From positions 1 to 24,943 of IMG/VR virus record IMGVR_UViG_3300017722_000334: a stretch of 24,943 nucleotides of DNA; one strand, written 5' to 3'. Positions 8,032-16,800 of the stretch are shown here, one piece after another. The position numbers and the translations under genes were made by a program. The notes below the pieces were generated by a model. That model ran no database searches. It saw only the letters and a list, made by a program, of their open reading frames with translations, and was not told where the DNA came from. The DNA is from a virus. Lineage: Duplodnaviria; Caudoviricetes. Position 1 is the first letter of the stretch, and each line of letters begins with the position of its first letter.

Positions 8032-8604
8032 ATGACAGAGTTAGAAGTCGTCAACGACATACTAAGAGCAACAGGGGATTCACCTGTAAACTCTATTAAC
8101 TCGACACATCCAAGCGTGACAGCAATTCGCACACAGTTAAATCGTACTGTTGCAAAGTTGCAGCGTAGAGGTTTCTGGTTTAACACAGAGTATGACCACG
8201 AATTTCAACCAGCTAACAGTAGAATTACACTTCCGAATGATGTGAGTTCTATTGTACCGGTAGACCCTAACGTAGTTATGCGTGGCACTGAGTTGTATGA
8301 TAGAGCGCGTAACAGCTACTTCTTTGAAGCACCAGTAAAAGTATTATCATTAGTGCGTACACTAGAGTTTGTGCAGTTACCAGAAGTAATGAAAGAAGCA
8401 GTAAAGTATGCAGCAGCAGTAGAATTCATTCGTGATACTATTGGCGATCAAGCATTAATTTCAGAGTTCAAAGAGTTAGCTGGCACAAGTATGCTATACG
8501 TATTGAATGAAGATTTAGAGTCAGAACAACTTAACGCATTCAACCGACCAACAGCGTTGAAACTACGTTCAGGAGTAAGACCTTATCGGAGTTGGAATTC
8601 ATGA
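8032..8604 (+). CDS. Tail tubular protein A (adaptor), T7 gp11-like
   Basis: MTELEVVNDILRATGDSPVNSI and RGFWFNTE match the gp11 pattern. SD AAGGA precedes ATG 8032. The track start at 7966 runs through the terminator and is unlikely. Confidence 0.9.
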   Translation: MTELEVVNDILRATGDSPVNSINSTHPSVTAIRTQLNRTVAKLQRRGFWFNTEYDHEFQPANSRITLPNDVSSIVPVDPNVVMRGTELYDRARNSYFFEAPVKVLSLVRTLEFVQLPEVMKEAVKYAAAVEFIRDTIGDQALISEFKELAGTSMLYVLNEDLESEQLNAFNRPTALKLRSGVRPYRSWNS

Positions 8605-10982
8605 ACTATGATGATACATACCCAGCACCCGTGTATGGTATAAGTACTTTATCACCAAGAGACAGACGTTATGGTACAGCCGAGGAACAGATTAACTTCC
8701 GTTCTGACCCAGTATCAAAGTTAACACGAAGACCACCAGCTAAATGGAAAGCCAAGTTAGCAAGTATCGCAAGTGATGTAATAAGTCATGAGTATCTACG
8801 TAATGGTGCTGTAGTACGAGTAATCGTAGCTGCATCAGGTGTAGTAAAAGCATTTATTGACAACGTAGAGAAAACAGTAACAGGTGACATCAGTGCATAC
8901 TTGGGTACTAGCGTAGAGAACCTAGTATTAAAGACAGTGAACGATACAACTTTTATCTTGAACAAGACGAAAGTAATCAAGATGTCTACTGGTACAGACA
9001 CAATGATTGAGCGTGTAACTCACGTTAACATCACATCAGCACTTAACTATGGTGAGACAGTAAGACTTAGAGTACGCTCAGGTGATACAGGACTATTCGT
9101 AGAGTATGTGTACTCAGTACCAGACTTAGGTTCAACACCAAGTTACGATGCAGCAGATAAAGCGCGTGCAACTAACGCAGTAGCAAAAGGTCTAGCAGAC
9201 TTAATCAATGGTGATAGCTTTGCTTATGCTAAGGCTAAGTATGCAGGTTCGTCTATTGCAATTTGGAGTAAGACTATTCCAACAGACTGGGTAGAAGTAG
9301 AAGTTGCATCCGGTCAAGGTGATAAGTCCGTAGTTGCAGTAAACAATACTATTGAAGACATTGCAGGCTTACCACGTTACGCTGTACATGGTACACATAT
9401 CCGAGTACAACCAAACCCTGATTCAACTAAAGGTGTATACTACCTTACTGCAAGAGCTACACGAGAAGGCGCTACTGTTGTAATCAATCCAGATGACAGG
9501 CTAGTAGAAGAAGTTGTGTGGGCTGAATCAAGAAGTAATACAGAACCATATCACCTGTTACCAGAAACATTACCACATGTATTAGAATACAACGCCGTTA
9601 CAGGTACATTCACAGTAGGCACACCAAGTATTGGATGGGCAGACCGTAAGTCAGGGGATAATATCTCATGTCGTGTACCAGTGTTTGTGAACAAGTCCAT
9701 AGAACATATGGGCTACTTTCAAAAGCGGTTAGTATTTGTAAGCGACAACTCAGTAGTAATGTCCAGAACCGATGATATATTTAATTTCTGGAGACAGTCA
9801 GCAGTAAGTTTGTTAGTAACAGACCCAGTGTCAGCAGACGCAAGTACAACTGATATTGATAAGCTGAACTACATTACTAACCACAACAAAGACTTATTGA
9901 TAGTTACTCGTAATGCACAGTTAAAGATTCAAGGTGATATACCAGTAACACCAGAGACTATTGCAATGCCAGTAGTCACAGAGTTTGATGTGTCTGTAAG
10001 TGCAGAGCCAACAGCTTTAGGTAATTCTATTATGTTACCATTATCGTATGGTGCATCATCAGGACTGAGTAAGTATGAGCGTGAGAAAGATCGTGAGCAA
10101 GATAATGCCAGCGATATATCAAGTCATGTAGTAGGACTTATTACAGGTAAGATTATATCATTAACAGCAAGCTCTAACTTAGAAATGGTTATCGCGCGTA
10201 ACAGTGTGAATAAGAACACGTTATTCGTGTATGAGCAGTTCACGTATGGTGCTGAGAACAGACAACAATCGTGGAGCAAGTGGGTATTCCCGTTTGATAT
10301 TGTAAGTGCAAAGTTTATTAATAATGCCTTATCCATCTTGTATCGTTCGCCAACAACACCAGCAGACTTACATGCAGCAACGCTAGAGTTTCATACGCGT
10401 ACAGGTGAATTAGATAAAGTCTTCTTAGACAAGTCAATTCAAACATACTTACCAGATGGTGCAACAATACCATTACCGGCAGGATATGATACAACAGGTT
10501 GCTTAGCAGTCAGTGTAGGCGAGAACTTAAAGTATATCAGCATCCCTTACGTTAAAGTAGGTGATGTACTAGTCTTGACGAAGAACTTAGGTGTAGGTGC
10601 AAGAGTAATCTTAGGCGTACCAATCAGTGCATCATACAGACCAACTCGCCCATTTAAACGGGATGAAGACGGTACAGTGTTAACTAGTGATCATATCCGA
10701 TTGCAGAAGTTTACATTGCATGTAGTACAGACTGGCTGTATATCAATGCGTACTATATCAAAGTATTATGCAGATGATACTCAGCGGTTCATTGCACGAG
10801 AGCTAGGTTCAGACACAAGTTTGTTGGGTACAAGAGCATTACACACAGGTGACGTAAGTTTCGCATTTCTACATGATGCTAACTTATCCGTACCAGAGTT
10901 CTTCACAGATGATTACATGGGTGCAACTATCTCTGGTATATCATGGTCAGGTCAATACAACCAACGTAGACGGAGACTATAA
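8601..10982 (+). CDS. Tail tubular protein B (nozzle), T7 gp12-like
   Basis: Motifs GISTLSPRDR...LTRRPP, FQKRLVFVSDNSVVMSRTDDIFNFWRQS, QQSWSKWVF and terminal ISWSGQYNQRRRRL. ATGA overlap with tail A at 8601-8604. Confidence 0.92.
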   Translation: MNYDDTYPAPVYGISTLSPRDRRYGTAEEQINFRSDPVSKLTRRPPAKWKAKLASIASDVISHEYLRNGAVVRVIVAASGVVKAFIDNVEKTVTGDISAYLGTSVENLVLKTVNDTTFILNKTKVIKMSTGTDTMIERVTHVNITSALNYGETVRLRVRSGDTGLFVEYVYSVPDLGSTPSYDAADKARATNAVAKGLADLINGDSFAYAKAKYAGSSIAIWSKTIPTDWVEVEVASGQGDKSVVAVNNTIEDIAGLPRYAVHGTHIRVQPNPDSTKGVYYLTARATREGATVVINPDDRLVEEVVWAESRSNTEPYHLLPETLPHVLEYNAVTGTFTVGTPSIGWADRKSGDNISCRVPVFVNKSIEHMGYFQKRLVFVSDNSVVMSRTDDIFNFWRQSAVSLLVTDPVSADASTTDIDKLNYITNHNKDLLIVTRNAQLKIQGDIPVTPETIAMPVVTEFDVSVSAEPTALGNSIMLPLSYGASSGLSKYEREKDREQDNASDISSHVVGLITGKIISLTASSNLEMVIARNSVNKNTLFVYEQFTYGAENRQQSWSKWVFPFDIVSAKFINNALSILYRSPTTPADLHAATLEFHTRTGELDKVFLDKSIQTYLPDGATIPLPAGYDTTGCLAVSVGENLKYISIPYVKVGDVLVLTKNLGVGARVILGVPISASYRPTRPFKRDEDGTVLTSDHIRLQKFTLHVVQTGCISMRTISKYYADDTQRFIARELGSDTSLLGTRALHTGDVSFAFLHDANLSVPEFFTDDYMGATISGISWSGQYNQRRRRL

Positions 10983-11512
10983 TGTCTATTTACGCACAGG
11001 CTGTAAGCACTGGCGTACAAGCGTTAGCAACAGCACTTGACCCCGAGGGGTCAGCTGCTTATGCAAATGCGTACAACACCGCAGCAGCAAGATTTAAAGC
11101 GTCATCAGCTAAGAACGTAGCAGAACGCAACATATCAGCAGTCCGTCAGGATAAGGTACTAACAAACACAAAGATTCAATTACAAGCTACACAAGCAGAA
11201 GCAATGCAGCGAGTACAGAATGCAGTAGCAGGCCGTGAGGGTGGTTCTGTGAATGATGTGTCTGGTGAGATTCAGAAGACAGCAAGTCAGTTAACGCAGG
11301 CTAATAACAAAGAGACTAGACAGAAAGAAGAGTCGTTGTTAGCAGAAGTAAACAACTCACATAGTTCATTACTATCAATACGTGACCAAGAGCAATCATT
11401 CGCAAGTGGTATGTTAGAAGCATTCAGTGCTTTCGAGTTCAGCGACCTCAAACTAGGTAACGACTTACTAGGTAAACTAACCAGCAGCAAAAAGGACGGT
11501 AAGAAGACATGA
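10982..11512 (+). CDS. Internal virion (ejection) protein, T7 gp14-like
   Basis: 176 aa, Ala/Gln-rich and helical, with AVAGREGGSVNDV resembling the conserved 'A.aG..G.Sv' motif. Lies directly after tail B (TAATG overlap). Confidence 0.75.
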   Translation: MSIYAQAVSTGVQALATALDPEGSAAYANAYNTAAARFKASSAKNVAERNISAVRQDKVLTNTKIQLQATQAEAMQRVQNAVAGREGGSVNDVSGEIQKTASQLTQANNKETRQKEESLLAEVNNSHSSLLSIRDQEQSFASGMLEAFSAFEFSDLKLGNDLLGKLTSSKKDGKKT

Positions 11513-13800
11513 CCACCCCAGTAGCAAGCGTAGCAGATACAATGGTTACGGCTAACGCTGTAAAGTCAGAAGTCCGTGACCAAGGATTAAGTTACCAGTT
11601 CAATGAGAAGTCAGCAGCTAACACAGGTAGTATGTTAGGTCAATCATTAGGTTCTGCATTACATGGTTATTTGAAGACAGAACAAAGTAACTTCATTGAA
11701 CAGAAGAAATTAGATGCAGCAGCACGACAAGGCCAAGAACGTGGTATCAATGCAGTAGATGCAGAGGCCGAACGTACAGGCTGGAAGAAAGCAATCTTCG
11801 GACAAGACGAGGGTTACGAAGTAGCAGCAGCACGCGCAGCAGAGAACTCGATCAGAGATTCATACTTAGAAGAAGCAACTACCATTGATAACTTTTCAGG
11901 TATTACACCAGAAGAGTACAAGGGGCGGTTATCTAATAAGCTAACAGAAATGTTAGACAAGAATCCTAATGACCAGTTATATCGTCAATCAGTAACAGAC
12001 GCGTGGACACAACGTGCAGAGAAGTTAGCGGCTAAACAGTACGAGGCCAATGCAGCGTACAACCAACTAACAGCTAGGGCTAATGCTGATAGACAGTTAC
12101 GACAAGAGTTCGATGAAGTTAGTGTAGACTTTCAAGGTGCAAGAACACCAGAAGAGTTTACTGAATTACATGGTCGCATGAAGCAGATTATTAAAGGTGA
12201 TAACTTACCTAGTACTATGCACCCAGTGGCTAAACGTAAGGCAGTAAATGATGCAGTGTTCGCATCAATCGCTCAGGGCAACATTGGCGTGTATAACGTA
12301 ATGAAGCAGATGGGCTATGACAAAGAATTAAGTGGTGAAGAACGTGCTGAGTTAGACCAAGCATTAGGTTCATACACACAAGACTGGTCATATCAGATTG
12401 CAACTAAGTTTGAAGAAGCAGAGTTAGCAGCAACTAGTGCAGGTACTAATCTAGAAGTAGCCAAACAAACATGGTTTAAATTAGATGAAGAACTAAACGC
12501 ATTAAAGTTACGTTCAGCAGATACACCACAAGCACAAGCAACATTAGCTAAATACTTTAGTGCGTCAGCCAAGCAACGGGGTATGTTAGACGAAGTACGT
12601 GACCGACTACTGAACCAAGGTTTAAAAGTAGATCGGGATGCAATGAAGGGTTCAGCATTACGTGAGATTATGCGTATGCCAACAATGACACGAACTGGTG
12701 AATTAGCCAACTTAAGTCAGAACTTCGGTGCAGTCACAAAGGCAGAAGAACAGCAAGCATATGACTTAAATATGTTAGATGATGTTCGTCGTATTACAGG
12801 TAGTGATGATACATTCGATAATGTAGCCTTAGTGGGTGCAGTACTGAATAATCCAGAGCTTGCTCGTACTATCGGTATGTCCTATCAGAACACCCATGTA
12901 GAGAGTCCGTTAGTCAAGCGTATGTTTGAGAACGTACTAGGTGGTTATGCGTCACCAGAGTTCATGGATCCAGATAGCAAACGACCAACACCACAACTAG
13001 CTACAGTGTTAAGCAGCCTAACAGCATTAACACAGAACAACTCAAGAATACCTTTATCAGAAGAGAAGAAAGCTGAGTTTAACTTATTACGTACTGGCAT
13101 CAGTGCTGGTAAGACTATCCCTACAATCCAAGAAGAAATCAAAAGCTACAAGGAGAATAAGGATAAGGTAGAAGGTTGGGCAGTACAGTGGCCTACTCTG
13201 GAAGGTAAGCAGGATGGTGTAAGTAAAGCCAACTATGTATCTGAGTTAGTAAACAAAGCAGGTGGTGGTACGCCTTCAGGTGCAACATTAGCAAACTATA
13301 TGACTACGTTTAAGACGGGTATTGTAATTGGTAATGGTGACTTGAATTATGCTAAGGACTATTTAGAAGATAGCGTAAAAGGTAACACATTAACGTATCG
13401 TGGTAAGGCAATACCTAATGGTAAGCAACTCGACGATATTACCGGTAAGATTAGTTTCAACAGTACAATGGATTGGTTACAATCGGCTAAGACATCAGCA
13501 GGGACAACTCAGTTCCAAGAGTACATGAAGCGCCATATTGCACCGGAAATGCGTGACGGTAAACCTTACTGGCCAGCAAACCTTGACGAAGTAAACTCAT
13601 GGCGTATGAAGCAGGTAGATGGTTTTGATGGTGTATACATTTACATCAACAATGCTACAGCACCTTGGCCAGTACGGTCAGAGCAACTTAGAACTTGGGC
13701 AGATGCAGCGAAAGAAGCAGCTGACTTGAAAGAAAAGATAGACATCCAACGTGATCGTGCAGCTGTAGAAGCAGTCAAGCAACGATACAGTCGTTATTAA
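11509..13800 (+). CDS. Internal virion (ejection) protein, T7 gp15-like (763 aa)
   Basis: Size, alpha-helical character and position between the gp14-like and gp16-like genes. No catalytic motif recognised. Confidence 0.7.
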   Translation: MTTPVASVADTMVTANAVKSEVRDQGLSYQFNEKSAANTGSMLGQSLGSALHGYLKTEQSNFIEQKKLDAAARQGQERGINAVDAEAERTGWKKAIFGQDEGYEVAAARAAENSIRDSYLEEATTIDNFSGITPEEYKGRLSNKLTEMLDKNPNDQLYRQSVTDAWTQRAEKLAAKQYEANAAYNQLTARANADRQLRQEFDEVSVDFQGARTPEEFTELHGRMKQIIKGDNLPSTMHPVAKRKAVNDAVFASIAQGNIGVYNVMKQMGYDKELSGEERAELDQALGSYTQDWSYQIATKFEEAELAATSAGTNLEVAKQTWFKLDEELNALKLRSADTPQAQATLAKYFSASAKQRGMLDEVRDRLLNQGLKVDRDAMKGSALREIMRMPTMTRTGELANLSQNFGAVTKAEEQQAYDLNMLDDVRRITGSDDTFDNVALVGAVLNNPELARTIGMSYQNTHVESPLVKRMFENVLGGYASPEFMDPDSKRPTPQLATVLSSLTALTQNNSRIPLSEEKKAEFNLLRTGISAGKTIPTIQEEIKSYKENKDKVEGWAVQWPTLEGKQDGVSKANYVSELVNKAGGGTPSGATLANYMTTFKTGIVIGNGDLNYAKDYLEDSVKGNTLTYRGKAIPNGKQLDDITGKISFNSTMDWLQSAKTSAGTTQFQEYMKRHIAPEMRDGKPYWPANLDEVNSWRMKQVDGFDGVYIYINNATAPWPVRSEQLRTWADAAKEAADLKEKIDIQRDRAAVEAVKQRYSRY

Positions 13801-13812
13801 CAGGAGAAGGCG

Positions 13813-16800
13813 ATGGCCTCACTAACTGAAGACACACAAGTAGACGAGTACGAAAGTGGGCCTGATACGGGAAACTACGAGAACGATAGTGATCGTTATT
13901 GGCCTTCTCTAAATCCACATAGCACAGAGTTCGCAGAAGAAGCAGGCTCATTAGCAGACAAAGACCCATACATTCAGGAAGCAGCAAGAGCTACGTACTT
14001 CAACCAAGGTTATCAAGAAGCTAATCTGAAGCAGAAGTATGTTAGTAATTGGGATAAAGCAGAGACTAGCTTTAAGAAGTTCAACTGGATGTATGGTTCA
14101 GCGCAAGCAACAGAAATGAATGCTATGCGGGTAAAGACTAGTAACTTAGACATACCAGATGCAACACTGCTAGAAGGTATACCAGAGTCACAACAAGGTA
14201 TCATCCTGCAAGAACGTGACAAGTTCGGGCATGTAGCAGCAATTGCTAAGCGTGACCAACTCCGTGATACCCTATCCACCAATGCCCAATTTAACGACAT
14301 GGATGGATGGGAGCAGTTCGCTTTCGGTGCGGGTGCTATCATAGCAGACCCCGTAAATCTAAGCGGCCTAGGCGCTCTGGCGAAGGTTGAGCAGGGTGCG
14401 TCAACGCTCTTCAAAGGCGCTCAGCAAGCCTCTATTATTAACTCAGGTATTAGTGGCAATCGTGCTTGGCTTGCTTCCTCAGCCGTTTCTACCCCGCTTA
14501 AATTGGCAGGTTATACGGCTTTGGGTGCAGCAGAAGGGGCGATAGTAAACGTCCCACAGTTAGCACAAGACCCAACGTATACACCAACAGACTATATGTA
14601 CGACATAGCGTTTGATGCAGTATTTGGTACAGCATTAGGCGCAGGTGTGATGGTATGGAATCGTCCGAAAGTAGCAACACATCAAGAAGAGTTAGATGCT
14701 AGCTATCGAGCATTACAAGAAGACATTCAACGTAAAGCAGACCCAGTAGTACAACCATTAGGCTTGTTAAATAACAATGCTAGATGGAAGGCACTAGGTG
14801 CTAAGATTGACAAGGCAGTAGGCGTACATAACGATGCAGCTAAGACAGTCTACGAAGATAGTATCAGACAGGGTATTGCAACAGATGCATCGGTAGCAGG
14901 TACAGTAGCGAGACTAGGTGAAAAGTTCAAGGCGTTAGAAGTTCAGATGCGGAATGGTGATGTTGACGTATTAACGAAAGCAACACAAGAAGTAGAGTCA
15001 GCAAGTGACTCACTGAAGTTAATGCGTACACAGTTAGAGACTCCAGAGATTAAGGCAGCAATGTCACGACTGGAAGAACTTAAAGCAACGTACCAGACTA
15101 TGACTATCAAAGGCGCTAAAGTGCCTGAGAAAGAACTAACAGCGTTAAAGAAAGAAGTGGCGACACTGAACACTCAAGTTAAGGCACACAGGAACGCAAC
15201 TGATACTCCTGAGATTAAGGAGTTGGAAGAGTACCGTAACTCAATGAAAGAACCGTTAAAGCGTATGCAAGAAGCGAAAGCAGAGGCACTACTACCTTTA
15301 AAGGAAATCTATACAGAACGGGATGCGTTACGGAAAGAGTTCCAAGCTATTCAAGGTCAGGGTACAGTAACATTACCAGAAGCAGTTGACTTAACCCCAT
15401 TGGAATCAGCAGTAGATATAGCAAAAGAAGCGGTGCGTAAGAACCCTTCAGTTGATACAACACAGGCATTAAGCGTAGCACAACAAGCGTTACGGGAAGC
15501 TGTTATTGGTAGAGACATGCCAACAACAAATGCTGTACCAACAGATTCTAATGAAGTACGTCGTCGCGAGATACGGTTACGCTTAGATCAACTAGAGACT
15601 CTGCGACAAGATGTAGTAGAGAAAGCTAAGCCAGCAGCATCAAAGCGTTATGCAACGATGTCGGATGTATCTACTATCGACAAGAAGACGTTTGATAATG
15701 TAGCACTAACTTTACGTGGGAGATTCAAAAAGAACTCACCTATGTACATGTTAGTTAATCGTCACCAGAAACTACTGAGAGATAAGACATTATCACCAGA
15801 AGTAAGTAAGGAACTAGAGCGATTAAGTGCTGATATTGTGCGGTTGTTAAGTGTTACACCAGCAGGTAAAGTTCCTGAGTGGTTAGAGAACTCAGTACGA
15901 GAAGCAACTACCACACAAACGCACTTTACACATACCAACGTATTTGCCGGTATCTTAGAAGATGGTTCATCTAATCCAGAGAAGTTACTACAGGACTACA
16001 TCGATCAACTCAAGCAGTTAGATATTTGGGAAGGTTATGACGTACAACCAGTAAGTTCATCTGACTTCTATCGTGAGAACAGTGAGTGGTTAAACCCTGA
16101 ACTAGACGAGCGTTATGCCGAATCTGGTGAAGTAGACTTCATGGAAGTTTACATGTCAGCAGAGTTATCTTTCTTACGTGATATGGTTAAGTTGAATGAG
16201 TTCGTTAAGGACAAACCAAACTTACAAGCAGCTGTAGAAGAACTTAACGGTTTAGTACAGACACGTATTGCACAGAAAGAGTTTGCTAACGCACACTTCG
16301 TTACTCAGAACGATATGGAAATGATTGCCGAGACAGTGAAGGAAACTTTACGGGACTGGGGATATATCCGTGGAACACAAGAGTATGTAGATAAGTTTGG
16401 TGAAATGTATCGTAGTGCATTAGACGAAGCAAGAAAGGAAGCATCATTACCAGAGTGGGGTGATAGCAGAGAGTCTTGGGGTAAGCTAGTACGTATGACA
16501 CCAGATGACATGTTACGTCAAGTACGTCGTGAAGGTTATGTGTCAGGTACACAAGAATTTAAAGATCGTCTACGTGAACTTGCTAAGTCAGGTGAGCGTA
16601 TGGAAGTACCCAAAGAAGTAAACTTAATGGGTAAACGTAAGTCTTTTGTTATCGGTACAGAACGTACAGATGCACTAGACCGCGACGAACTTAATGCCAC
16701 GAAAGAAGAGTATACTGGTGGCTCAGACGAGTTCAGTGGTTCTCGGAATGCACAAGACGGTGACACGCCAGTACGAATTCAGAAGATGGATTTAGTAGTG

